The translations under genes were made by a program, and so were the position numbers. From positions 1 to 42,073 of IMG/VR virus record IMGVR_UViG_3300025082_000016: a stretch of DNA of 42,073 nucleotides; one strand, 5' to 3'. The notes under the pieces were generated by a model. It made no database searches, was not told the origin of the DNA, and was given only the letters and a program-made list of their open reading frames with translations. Numbering within the stretch: position 1 is the stretch's first letter; every line of letters begins with the position of its first letter. Below are positions 10,241-19,650 of the stretch, in pieces. Source of the DNA: a virus (Duplodnaviria; Caudoviricetes).

Positions 10241-10501
10241 TTAACCTCCTACCTTAATTCCTGATAATTGATATAATATCCCATCAACCTTAAAATACAT
10301 TCTTCCCTCATCTACTACCGGGGATCCTGGGGATTCGCTATCTTTTGGTACTGACGATAATAGGAATTCTCCCTCACTCACATCTTCCGTTTTTACACTA
10401 CCGGTGATGACACGAACCTTTGATTGCATTCCTGTCATAGTTCTAGAAAGGTTACCTAAAATCTTATCTTGTTTTAGATCTCCAGTTTTCGCATAACTCA
10501 T
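10241..10501 (-). CDS. Small tail-associated protein (needle/plug-like, uncertain)
   Basis: 86 aa; ATGA overlap with the upstream gene; position in the tail module. Confidence 0.45.
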   Translation of the reverse strand: MSYAKTGDLKQDKILGNLSRTMTGMQSKVRVITGSVKTEDVSEGEFLLSSVPKDSESPGSPVVDEGRMYFKVDGILYQLSGIKVGG

Positions 10502-11061
10502 TCGTATTCAATTTCCATTCTGCTTATTTCAACAGGGTTAGTTGATGATGATGTTGATATTTGAACCTGTGCATACTTGGCACGATTCCCAATTTTAATA
10601 CTATCCATTGGATAATTCTTCCATGCTATTGGAGAAGCAGATGAATGGGAAGCTGCTGTAGTACCACGCATACCACGCTGTACGGTATGTGTTGTAGATC
10701 CGGCTGAAATAATCTTCATAATTTCCGAATCTACTTGTATCCAATCACCATTCTTAAATAATGACGTAGATGATGTTATTAATGTTTCGATTGAGTCATC
10801 ACTACCGACTGGAAGTGTTACACCAGTATCGCCAACATTTGCTCTAAATGCACCAGAGAAAGCCTCATTTACATCATCACCATCCACATAAACTTTAAAT
10901 GTTATTTCGTCTGGACTCGAATATGTTGCATTTATACGTCTTACAAAAACCTTTCTAGCTAGATCTGTAAACTGAAACCAGCCAGTTTGTCTATCCGTGG
11001 ACAAGGATTCATTAGGTGTAAAAGGGTTAAATGCTTTTACTTTACTATCCGTAAACGGCAT
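10498..11061 (-). CDS. Tail protein: nozzle C-terminal-like module with an inserted GD.I.VDSE...TVQRG..GT.AA.H domain
   Basis: 187 aa; RQTGW...RRIN.TY.S.D.I..K...DGDDVNE...S.KI..RAK...EIEYE is paralogous to the C-terminus of the 804-aa gene; TAATG coupling. Confidence 0.6.
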   Translation of the reverse strand: MPFTDSKVKAFNPFTPNESLSTDRQTGWFQFTDLARKVFVRRINATYSSPDEITFKVYVDGDDVNEAFSGAFRANVGDTGVTLPVGSDDSIETLITSSTSLFKNGDWIQVDSEIMKIISAGSTTHTVQRGMRGTTAASHSSASPIAWKNYPMDSIKIGNRAKYAQVQISTSSSTNPVEISRMEIEYE

Positions 11062-13475
11062 TACACATCTACCTCCACACTAAAATTCTCAACCATTACA
11101 TCAGGATTTGCTGTACTAGGTGACGATAGTTCCACCATAAAATTCTTTGCTCTCCTACTTATTCGCACACTTTCATTCGCTGTTTCATCAGAAATTGCAG
11201 CGGCTAATGTATGATGATAAACCTCATTTACATCATCGCCATCTGCAAAAATCTTAACATCAATAGGATCCGCAGAATGATATTCAACATTTAATCTCCG
11301 GAGGATTGCAGCACGACTTAAAGATTTTGATGCTTTAATCCAACCAGTTCTTCGTTGAGTTCCATAAAGTTCTGTCGGTGTATCCTGGAATGGCATAATA
11401 GAACAAGGTTCATTATGGGATAGTGAATATAACACCTCTTCAATAAATGCAGTAGTGGATGCGACAGGTTCAGCATATATATCTTGGTTTAGTTCAAATT
11501 CTTCCAAGAACTCAAGGACTTCACCAACTGCAACCAAATGTTTCCAGGTTCTTGTATCGTAACTAAAATTTTGTTGTAATCCTATATTTTCGGGTTCAGC
11601 TATTAAATGTTTCCAGGCTCTTTCGACATAACCAAACTCTTCATCAAGCGAAGTTGAAGAACCACCGAATCCGAATTCAGGGGTAACCAAATGTTTCCAA
11701 ACTCTTGTTTCAGTATCAAACTCTTCTTCAAATGCAATCGCATTCGGTTCAGCTATTAAATGTTTCCAGGCTCTTTCGTCATAACCAAACTCTTCATCAA
11801 ATGCAATTACTTCTGGACTATATTTTAAATGTTTCCAGGTCCTTTCTTCGTAATCAAAACCTTCTTCAAAAAGGGATAAATCGCCATAAATAATGGGGGT
11901 CCTTTTTTCATATGTTGTTGCCGGGGAAACGGCTATATCATCTTGCGGGGTGATAACATGTATAAATGTTCTTACTTCACTTGCAAATACTTCAGCAAAG
12001 AAAGTGGCATCATCTACAGTCTCAAAAATTTGCCATTCATGGACATTCCAATTAAATGTGGAAACACCTATATCTATAGTCTCATCTACAGTCTCATGGG
12101 TTTTCCATTCTCTTTCACTCCAATTAAATGTGGAAACACCTATATCTATAGTCTCATCTACATCTTCAGTATGTTTCCATGCTCTTTTTTCGTAATCAAA
12201 ATCTTCTTCAAAATAACCTGTCTCATATGTTTCTTGTTGTGTTCGTTTTTCCCATGAAACGTTCTGCTCTGCACCATAAACTGTTAAATTATCATCCGGA
12301 AACCAACGGTGTATGAATTTTCTTTTTTCATAATTAACCGTATCGCCAGTTAACTTGATCCAATCTAAAGAATATTTTAGATGTTTCCATTCTCTTGTAT
12401 CTACATCAACATCCTCTTTAAGCAAAGCTATAGAACCACCGAATCCGAATTCAGGGTCAACCAAATATTTCCAGGTTCTTTTATCTACATCAACATCCTC
12501 ATTAAGCCCAGCATCATCGAAATAATTTACTACTTTTCTCCAGATTCGTTCTTCGTAATCAAAATCTTCTTCAATATTTGAAGAATCACCTGGCTGGTTT
12601 TCTTTGAAAAAATAGGATATAATGTTTTCAGTTGAAAACCATGTAGAATCAGAAACAGATACCCATGTCTTAAAAGTACTTTTAACCTTACTTTCATCTT
12701 CATCAACATCAATGGTATCGGATACATTATATACATGTCTCCATATTCTTTTTTCCTTCGCCTGTTTTTCAGTAAGAAGACCTATATCTTCATTTTCTCT
12801 GCCTTCAGTTTCTATATCAATAATGGATTCAGAGAGAAGAGTAGAATCAGAAACAGATCTATTTATCTTCCACTCACTTTTAACCTTACTTTCATCTCCA
12901 TCCAATTCAATTTCATCGGATATTGATATGGTGTATAGTTGATTAGACCAGAAATCTTCATCAAAGTCAGTCTGATCATACAAGACTCTATTTATCTTCC
13001 ACGCACTTTCAACCTTACTTTCATCTTCATCCAATTCAATTTCATCCGATACGTTTTTTACAATTTTCCAGGTCTGTTCTTGTTTACTATGACTTTCATC
13101 AACAGCAACTGCTTCATTAACATCAACAGTGGTAGGTGGGCTGCCTTCAATCTCAAACACACCAGATGTATATATGTCAAATAATGCGGGAAATGAGTTA
13201 TGTTCTATTTTGAGTTCTAAAGTATACACATCTCCAAAGGTTAAACCTGAAGATGGTAGTGTAATATATATTCCATACGGACCAGCTACAAAATGGGATC
13301 CTGTCCATAAAGTACTATGGTATGATCCATTTTCGTACAGCTTTATATAGGTGATCCTCCAAGGGACACAAATTGTAAGATCATTATATGACCATGAAAC
13401 CGTAAAGCCATCCCCAGGATCAAATACAGAACTAGAGGTTGGATTGGTGATGGAGGTTATTTGGCAGAATGGCAT
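11061..13475 (-). CDS. Acidic repeat-rich virion protein (Ig-like N-terminus, ~20 repeats of ~24 aa, nozzle-like C-terminal module)
   Basis: 804 aa; recurring EE(D/E)F(D/G)Y(E/D).R.WKH; exact DNA duplications at 72-bp period (12048/12120). Confidence 0.65.
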   Translation of the reverse strand: MPFCQITSITNPTSSSVFDPGDGFTVSWSYNDLTICVPWRITYIKLYENGSYHSTLWTGSHFVAGPYGIYITLPSSGLTFGDVYTLELKIEHNSFPALFDIYTSGVFEIEGSPPTTVDVNEAVAVDESHSKQEQTWKIVKNVSDEIELDEDESKVESAWKINRVLYDQTDFDEDFWSNQLYTISISDEIELDGDESKVKSEWKINRSVSDSTLLSESIIDIETEGRENEDIGLLTEKQAKEKRIWRHVYNVSDTIDVDEDESKVKSTFKTWVSVSDSTWFSTENIISYFFKENQPGDSSNIEEDFDYEERIWRKVVNYFDDAGLNEDVDVDKRTWKYLVDPEFGFGGSIALLKEDVDVDTREWKHLKYSLDWIKLTGDTVNYEKRKFIHRWFPDDNLTVYGAEQNVSWEKRTQQETYETGYFEEDFDYEKRAWKHTEDVDETIDIGVSTFNWSEREWKTHETVDETIDIGVSTFNWNVHEWQIFETVDDATFFAEVFASEVRTFIHVITPQDDIAVSPATTYEKRTPIIYGDLSLFEEGFDYEERTWKHLKYSPEVIAFDEEFGYDERAWKHLIAEPNAIAFEEEFDTETRVWKHLVTPEFGFGGSSTSLDEEFGYVERAWKHLIAEPENIGLQQNFSYDTRTWKHLVAVGEVLEFLEEFELNQDIYAEPVASTTAFIEEVLYSLSHNEPCSIMPFQDTPTELYGTQRRTGWIKASKSLSRAAILRRLNVEYHSADPIDVKIFADGDDVNEVYHHTLAAAISDETANESVRISRRAKNFMVELSSPSTANPDVMVENFSVEVDV

Positions 13476-13481
13476 TTAAAA

Positions 13482-14150
13482 TTACCCTACTGTAATTGTC
13501 CAAGTTACCCGAAGAATATCTAAAGTCTGAATAGTGAAGTTGGTGTTATCATAATATGCATACTTGAAATTATACGGACCATCAAAGGATGTAGAAAACA
13601 CATTGGTGAAGTTGCCACCAATTTGGGAATCAAAATCTTTACCCATATACATTCTTTCTACCGTAGTGGTGTTAGGATCGTATCCGGACAGCCAAGTTGC
13701 TTCAGCAGCCCAGGTACTTGCATTATTGGTGGTGGAGGTACTTGTGTTGTCATACAAACAAAAGCCATGGCATTGGCTGCAACCACCGTAAACATCATCT
13801 TGAATCCGGCCAGTGTAACCAGTGACCGCAACACTAATGCCATTCTCACCCTCTCGATTTGATGTATTAGTGTAGTTCTGACACAGGTCTGGGGATAAGC
13901 ACATATCACTTGCTGGATGCCAGTTAGTACCTGTGTGTAACTGGTGTGCTGTATTTGCAGACGAAGTTGTATGCATTTCGTCATTCAGCTTTTCTAACAA
14001 ATCGTCTTTTACAATATTTGTATCTAAAATATCGACCTTTGGTTCCATACGTATCAGATCTTCTGGGTCGTATACTTTTATATCAACATCACCATGGACT
14101 TTTAATCTTTTATTTGTCCACAATGTATTTATATTAGGTGCATGTATCAT
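13482..14150 (-). CDS. Putative tail/collar structural protein
   Basis: 222 aa; N-terminal G.V.I...N.V motif and C-terminal D.L.VTW.I motif shared with the neighbouring gene; AGGAG RBS. Confidence 0.5.
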   Translation of the reverse strand: MIHAPNINTLWTNKRLKVHGDVDIKVYDPEDLIRMEPKVDILDTNIVKDDLLEKLNDEMHTTSSANTAHQLHTGTNWHPASDMCLSPDLCQNYTNTSNREGENGISVAVTGYTGRIQDDVYGGCSQCHGFCLYDNTSTSTTNNASTWAAEATWLSGYDPNTTTVERMYMGKDFDSQIGGNFTNVFSTSFDGPYNFKYAYYDNTNFTIQTLDILRVTWTITVG

Positions 14151-14166
14151 TTATTTTCTCCTATTT

Positions 14167-14664
14167 TTATGAATCATCTATTGAGATTTCCCAAGTAACA
14201 TTTAATTGGTCCCCGTCATCCAAGTCCACATCTGGTGTAAATTCATAACTACTGAAATCAACAGAGAAATTTGATACGGCCCAAGAGTGTCCCAGCAATG
14301 CATCAGTTATGGTTATTCCATCTGTCTCACATCGTACCACACCCGAAACTTCAAAATCTTGAGCACCTGTGGAAGATAGGTTGCAATCCATCTCATAATA
14401 GCCTTCCGGTCCATTTCCATCGTCAACCAAAGCGATTCCCGACTTGCCATTGGTTGCTTCTAGCATACCGTCATCTCCAAACATGTTTTCAGCTACACCA
14501 AATCTGCTAGTAGCAGTGGTCAATGTTGCTGCAAGTTTATTTTTTAATTCATCGTTGATTGCGTTAGGTGCGGGGCCTCTTCCTTCTGTACAGTCCCCGC
14601 CACTTCTTCGGATTTCCCAACGCACAGTACCTTTAGGTCCTACCGAGTCATTTAATTTTCCCAT
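14167..14664 (-). CDS. Putative tail/collar structural protein (paralogue of 13482-14150)
   Basis: 165 aa; KGTVRWEI...NAI and GDQLNVTWEISI; GAGG RBS. Confidence 0.5.
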   Translation of the reverse strand: MGKLNDSVGPKGTVRWEIRRSGGDCTEGRGPAPNAINDELKNKLAATLTTATSRFGVAENMFGDDGMLEATNGKSGIALVDDGNGPEGYYEMDCNLSSTGAQDFEVSGVVRCETDGITITDALLGHSWAVSNFSVDFSSYEFTPDVDLDDGDQLNVTWEISIDDS

Positions 14665-14669
14665 GATTA

Positions 14670-16724
14670 TTATACCTCATTAGTTATTGAAAAAACATTT
14701 AGGTTTTCATCTATTGCAAAAATGTCTGCACCGGTGTTAGCACCAAGATCCATCAGGCTCCATATTGCCTGACCTTCTCTAGCCTTGATCATATCAAAGC
14801 TATAAATGTTTTGAGTGTTTGATCCAAATCGACAAAGAATTCTAGCCTTCTTTGGATCGTAAAAAAATCTTGATTCTTCTAAATTTGAAGATCCCTGGTA
14901 AATATCTTTTATAGGTTCAGTAATTGGTTGAATATTAAAACTTGAATCTATCACATAAGCATTGTCCAGGCCCGCAAAAAAGGTCTGGCCAGCTACAGTA
15001 ATAATAGAGTTTGGAGCAATGCAGCCAATATTTTCATCGGATTCAATCAAAGCAAAATGTCTTGGGTCAGAAGATACTGATAAACGATACACACCACGGG
15101 ACATAAACACCGCCAGTTCTCCCATATGTTTTGTTAGACCAGTGATCTGGCCACCTTGAGTATCTTTGATCTGAATATAGTTGACAATTGGCAACACATC
15201 AGGCTGCCCTAACTCTGAATAGATTATCCAATCTGCATGATCCTCTGCTTCACCATCTGGATCCAAACGTACATTCCCCACAAAATTTCTACCTGATGCA
15301 TATACTGAATACTTATAATTAACTGTTGTTTTTGTCTTTGTACCTAATGGATGCAATGATCTATCTGTATTTGCATAATCATAAAACCACAGAGTTACAT
15401 CATCTCCAGCGATTGCATAACGATATCCATCTGATATATCTACATCAAAATCTCCTGTTTGAGTTAAATCATCAGAAAGCTGAATAAACTTTTCAGAACT
15501 ACCGGTTGCTATAGCATCCAAGGATTCTGCATCTGAATAAATAACCCAACCATCCGCTTCACCAGTTCGCCAATCCCAGGAATTATTAAATATTAAATTC
15601 TTTCCATAATACCCTCCATAGTCACCTTCAGCAAGTAATGTATATACTGATGATGAATAACCATCATCGTAGGTTTGATAAAAACTCCACCTACCATTAA
15701 GTCTGTTTTTATCGGCTGGGAAAGGATCCTTCATTTTTAACAGCCCAGGCCCAGGATAATTAGCTACAGAATATGTATCAACTTCGTAACTGGTCCCGGG
15801 ATAAGAATCTCTCATAATCCAGTGCCTATACCCTTCAGAATTTGCATAGCCACCCCATTGAGCGGTTGTTGCTGGTAAATCGTCACTATAAAACCAATTA
15901 TCCATTGGTGTTACTGTTGACGATCCCAGGATATCATCACTATCTGCTTTAGTATTTAACGGGATTGTATGAATATGATAATATACTGCATCAAGATTCC
16001 CAGTGGCTGTATCGGAATAAGATCTATATACCTTTATGGAAGTAATCCTAGGATTGAAATCATTCGCTTGCGTACTTAATTGTATTCCAACTTTTAAAGT
16101 TAGATCATCCTCTGTCGATTCATGGGTTAAACCCGCTCCTTCTGGGAGTGGTGATTCCTGGTTACCATCAAAGACTGGAACAAATTTGTAATTGTAGTAG
16201 CCAGACTGTTTCATCCCACCTTCAATTTCTTCAACCGCAAGGAGATCCCAAGTTGCTGGTAATTCCATCATTCCATTATCATAATACAAGGCATCCCATG
16301 TATGTTCCCCAAAGAAAAACTCTCGATCTATATGCTGATATATTCCAGACTTCTCATCTAATCCGTTAGCAAATCTTAACTTACGGCCATAGTTACTAAA
16401 TTCAACGTCTGTTACTGCTGAAGCAAGCGATGCCACATTTGTAGCACTAGTAAAATTGGCGGCACATTTCCTTAACTTTTTTGTTTGAGGTTCAAAATAG
16501 ATCCATACTGGATCTGCTAGATCTTCATGGGTCCATTTTAATATTTGGCCAACATGATTTCCCGTTAAAGTAACTGCTGCACCACGACCCTGACGTTTGA
16601 CTAACTTTCCTGGGACATCAGTCTCAAAATTGACACTTGTAGTCGCAGCGGTATTAGGGAGATCTTCAGGATCTGCGTATGTTACTAATCCTCCATCAAA
16701 TACTGGTATCTCTATTATTGCCAT
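14670..16724 (-). CDS. Tail nozzle / DNA-stabilisation protein (P22 gp10 / T7 gp12-like)
   Basis: 684 aa; N-terminal F.GGL...P.DLP...NF...G.L.KR.G and C-terminal propeller motifs (IYSE...PD, GG.ITGL, IGCIAPNSI); located after the adaptors. Confidence 0.75.
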   Translation of the reverse strand: MAIIEIPVFDGGLVTYADPEDLPNTAATTSVNFETDVPGKLVKRQGRGAAVTLTGNHVGQILKWTHEDLADPVWIYFEPQTKKLRKCAANFTSATNVASLASAVTDVEFSNYGRKLRFANGLDEKSGIYQHIDREFFFGEHTWDALYYDNGMMELPATWDLLAVEEIEGGMKQSGYYNYKFVPVFDGNQESPLPEGAGLTHESTEDDLTLKVGIQLSTQANDFNPRITSIKVYRSYSDTATGNLDAVYYHIHTIPLNTKADSDDILGSSTVTPMDNWFYSDDLPATTAQWGGYANSEGYRHWIMRDSYPGTSYEVDTYSVANYPGPGLLKMKDPFPADKNRLNGRWSFYQTYDDGYSSSVYTLLAEGDYGGYYGKNLIFNNSWDWRTGEADGWVIYSDAESLDAIATGSSEKFIQLSDDLTQTGDFDVDISDGYRYAIAGDDVTLWFYDYANTDRSLHPLGTKTKTTVNYKYSVYASGRNFVGNVRLDPDGEAEDHADWIIYSELGQPDVLPIVNYIQIKDTQGGQITGLTKHMGELAVFMSRGVYRLSVSSDPRHFALIESDENIGCIAPNSIITVAGQTFFAGLDNAYVIDSSFNIQPITEPIKDIYQGSSNLEESRFFYDPKKARILCRFGSNTQNIYSFDMIKAREGQAIWSLMDLGANTGADIFAIDENLNVFSITNEV

Positions 16725-16727
16725 TAT

Positions 16728-17663
16728 TTACCTAAACATTGTATCAATTATCTGGTTTGGCCCACTATAGCCTTTCATCGGTAACTGAATATCAGCTTCT
16801 TGTTTATTGGTTTCGTATATTGTTTTTGACTGTAGGGATCTTTGATCATCGGCCTGATCTGCGTATAGTGCTGATCTTGCGTAATGAATTAGATCTCCAT
16901 GATACACATCTGGTATTACTGGACTAACACCAGGATCAGAATAATCATATTCAATACCCCTGGCATTTGCAACACCACCAAGACCTAATGATGCCCAGTC
17001 ATCTAGCAAGTCTTCCCAGGAAGTGTATATGTTGCTCCACATCTCTTCCTCTTCACTTGCTTTGTATATTTGCTCACCATCTTGGAAATCTGTCTCGTTC
17101 CAATTTTTTAAGACCAAATATCCATGGTCCTGGTAAACATTAACTACATCAACCACTTCCGCTGTAGCACCAGAGGTAAGACCCTCAATAGAATCGCCAC
17201 TATAAAACTGTTCATAGGTTAGATCCTTGAACCGGAGCCATACATATCCTGGATCCGCTAGATTAGGATCTAGATGTGTTGGCATAGCAGCATAGGAGAA
17301 AGTAACAAGACCAGTACCAGAAACCGGATATATAAACATTTTGTCACCCCTAACATAATAAGTTTGGGGTGTACCGGTTTTTAACTGATTGTTCTTTTTG
17401 AAGCGAGAACTTACTTTAAAATCTCTGCGATAATCTAATATAGCAGTATCGTATTCAACTTGGCCAACGACTTCTACAAAATCATTTGGCAGCGGAATAG
17501 AAATGCTGCCAGCCTTGTGCATGTAGGACCAGTCCTTAACGTAGCATTTTGTTCCTAAAGCAAAATCTACCTCGGCTTCTTCCAGGTACTTTCTGACTTT
17601 AACTCTAGGCGTTCCAGCATCAAAGGACGTTAATGTCCTATCGATAAGGGATTCCCAGACCAC
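16728..17663 (-). CDS. Head-tail adaptor protein with an inserted GD.I.G.TSGATA domain
   Basis: 311 aa, GTG start; LP.DF...GTP..YY....M.IYP...Y.A.P and P.IP..YH..LIHYA motifs. Confidence 0.65.
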   Translation of the reverse strand: MVWESLIDRTLTSFDAGTPRVKVRKYLEEAEVDFALGTKCYVKDWSYMHKAGSISIPLPNDFVEVVGQVEYDTAILDYRRDFKVSSRFKKNNQLKTGTPQTYYVRGDKMFIYPVSGTGLVTFSYAAMPTHLDPNLADPGYVWLRFKDLTYEQFYSGDSIEGLTSGATAEVVDVVNVYQDHGYLVLKNWNETDFQDGEQIYKASEEEEMWSNIYTSWEDLLDDWASLGLGGVANARGIEYDYSDPGVSPVIPDVYHGDLIHYARSALYADQADDQRSLQSKTIYETNKQEADIQLPMKGYSGPNQIIDTMFR

Positions 17664-17666
17664 GGG

Positions 17667-18311
17667 TTAACCCCTTCCTTTAGTACCTATACCTGTTGGG
17701 GCTTCTGTTGGATATCTTGCGTTTAGTGAATCAATTTGTCCCTTGCCATTTGCGTATGCCGCTGTTGCACGATCATTTTTTGCATCCATCTTCCACAGCT
17801 GAGATTCAGCCATATCTACAACAGATTCATGCAGTGCAACATTTAATGAACATTCATTACCATCAGCTTCAATATCTGCTGGGGACCGTAAGAACCACAC
17901 ATCAACATTATCTGTAGGACCAGGGCCATCAACAAATAGTGTATCGGAAAAAACATACGCAACCGGATTAGTCGTGCTACCCGCAAGGTAAGAATTTTCC
18001 AATCGTTTCTGATCGCCTGGATCTATCATTGTACACCATACAGAATCACTTGAATCATAGACCGCAATGATTCCATTACGCATTACTTCTTCTGATAAAT
18101 CACCACCGACAGAAATATCGACAGCGTTGGCCGTCATCGCAACAGTTTCATCGATCACTTGTAATTCGCCCAAGTATGCATTGTGAATTAAGTTCACTAC
18201 ACTTTTTTGTGCAATATTCAAAGCATCTAGCTTTGCAGCTTGCGTGAATGAAGATTCTGAAGGATCTTCTAATCGCAAACCTAGGGTTGATAACATTTCG
18301 TTACCTGTCAT
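17667..18311 (-). CDS. Head-tail adaptor protein
   Basis: 214 aa; MT..EM...L..RLED.....FT......ALN.AQ N-terminus and LHE..VD.A C-terminus; AAGGAG RBS; follows the capsid genes. Confidence 0.65.
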   Translation of the reverse strand: MTGNEMLSTLGLRLEDPSESSFTQAAKLDALNIAQKSVVNLIHNAYLGELQVIDETVAMTANAVDISVGGDLSEEVMRNGIIAVYDSSDSVWCTMIDPGDQKRLENSYLAGSTTNPVAYVFSDTLFVDGPGPTDNVDVWFLRSPADIEADGNECSLNVALHESVVDMAESQLWKMDAKNDRATAAYANGKGQIDSLNARYPTEAPTGIGTKGRG

Positions 18312-18332
18312 TTCTGACTCCTTTTTTTAATT

Positions 18333-18370
18333 GTTGGGCCGACCCGGCTCACAGACCAGGCCAACCCAAC
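18333..18370 (-). terminator. 15-bp G-U-containing hairpin after the capsid genes (terminator/processing/stability element)
   Basis: Minus strand GTTGGGTTGGCCTGG-TCTGTGAG-CCGGGTCGGCCCAAC; no U-tract follows. Confidence 0.55.
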
Positions 18371-18400
18371 GTTAGTTAATAAGATTGTTTGAAGGTCAGT

Positions 18401-18646
18401 TTATGATTGGGATCCAATCACTACCCAATCCCATGCAGTAGAGTTAGGATCATACGCATAGATATACGCAATCCCCGAATCTGCCACATCAATATAGATT
18501 GAGCCAGGTCGTGCTTCATGATCGGGTTCACCTTCTCCTGTATAGAAGTCGATAGATCCAATCGATGTATACACAAAACCCCCCGCATCACGCTCACCGA
18601 GCATCCCAACTTTCTTCTTATCTGCTGCAGTTTGAACAGTAGCCAT
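18401..18646 (-). CDS. Small capsid-associated/decoration protein
   Basis: 81 aa directly after the major capsid gene; GGAGG RBS; G.G.P....RPGSIYID motif typical of virion fibre anchors. Confidence 0.5.
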   Translation of the reverse strand: MATVQTAADKKKVGMLGERDAGGFVYTSIGSIDFYTGEGEPDHEARPGSIYIDVADSGIAYIYAYDPNSTAWDWVVIGSQS

Positions 18647-18657
18647 AATAATACCTC

Positions 18658-19629
18658 CTAGGTATAGTTAGTAGACAGGCCTGTAATAACACCCTGTCTA
18701 GAAGCGTTGGAACAAGTCAGGGCACCGAGCCACATAATTTTGGCTACGGCTGCATCCTGATTGACCGGTTTAACGAATTTCTCAAAAGCGAAATTTCGTT
18801 TACGATGATGACGGAAACCCAGATATTTCTCATTAAGGAAGAACATCAAACCATCCGGACAATGATCATCCACAACCACAGGGGTACCACGATAAAGTAA
18901 GTTCGTGAAACCAGCATCGGCCAATGACTTCGATGAAGCACCAAACCGCTTTTGAGCAGTTAGGGATTCTTCGTAGGCATCAAAGACTACTTGCGTTGTA
19001 ACGATGATGGACGGCTTGTCATTATCAACCGTACAGCCACCATACATTTCACGAAGTTGTCTTTGGATGAAATCACCGTGAGTAGAATCTACCATATTCG
19101 CATATGAAGCAGATCCACTAGCAGCAGATTGTGCATCCCACCAAGTGTATGTGTTTGAATCAATTCCACCAAGTGAACGGTCTTCTGCGATGATATGTTG
19201 TAACCCGATGAACTCATCACCGGAATCATCAGTTGAACCGTACAGGGTGCTACCGAATAGATCCTTTAGAGATTTCTCTGCGTTTTTGACCTTGGCCTCC
19301 AATAAATCGACTACACGCTCCGGGCCATCATTGAGCATTTCCTCTTTACCGGAAATACTAATTGTGGCATAAGCCTGTTTCCATTGATACTCCGCATCCG
19401 TGAATACTTCCGTAGGACTAGTGTCCAGGATATCGTATCCACTGAAAAAGCCTTTAGCTTCTGCCTTACCATATTCAAGAGGTTGTAACACCTTGTTTCC
19501 GGAGGCGGCTGCTTTCGACTTTCTTAACATGCGATGCGTAAGAATATTGGAATCGAAAATATTATCGACCAAAAGGGGAATATACTTATCCTTCGTTAAC
19601 GCACTTAAATTGTCATAATTTAAAGCCAT
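18658..19629 (-). CDS. Major capsid protein (HK97 fold)
   Basis: 323 aa after the scaffold gene; DNIF.SN, Y.WKQ....ISISG.E...N.G, GF..L.YRG.PVV.D..CP...MFFLN.KYL motifs. Confidence 0.9.
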   Translation of the reverse strand: MALNYDNLSALTKDKYIPLLVDNIFDSNILTHRMLRKSKAAASGNKVLQPLEYGKAEAKGFFSGYDILDTSPTEVFTDAEYQWKQAYATISISGKEEMLNDGPERVVDLLEAKVKNAEKSLKDLFGSTLYGSTDDSGDEFIGLQHIIAEDRSLGGIDSNTYTWWDAQSAASGSASYANMVDSTHGDFIQRQLREMYGGCTVDNDKPSIIVTTQVVFDAYEESLTAQKRFGASSKSLADAGFTNLLYRGTPVVVDDHCPDGLMFFLNEKYLGFRHHRKRNFAFEKFVKPVNQDAAVAKIMWLGALTCSNASRQGVITGLSTNYT

Positions 19630-19650
19630 TGTTAACTCCTTTGTTTAAGT

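Noticed and set aside
11480-13130. Possible diversity-generating retroelement TR/VR pairs among the duplicated segments
   Set aside because: No reverse transcriptase is present, and the duplicates are in-frame coding repeats without evident adenine-specific divergence.
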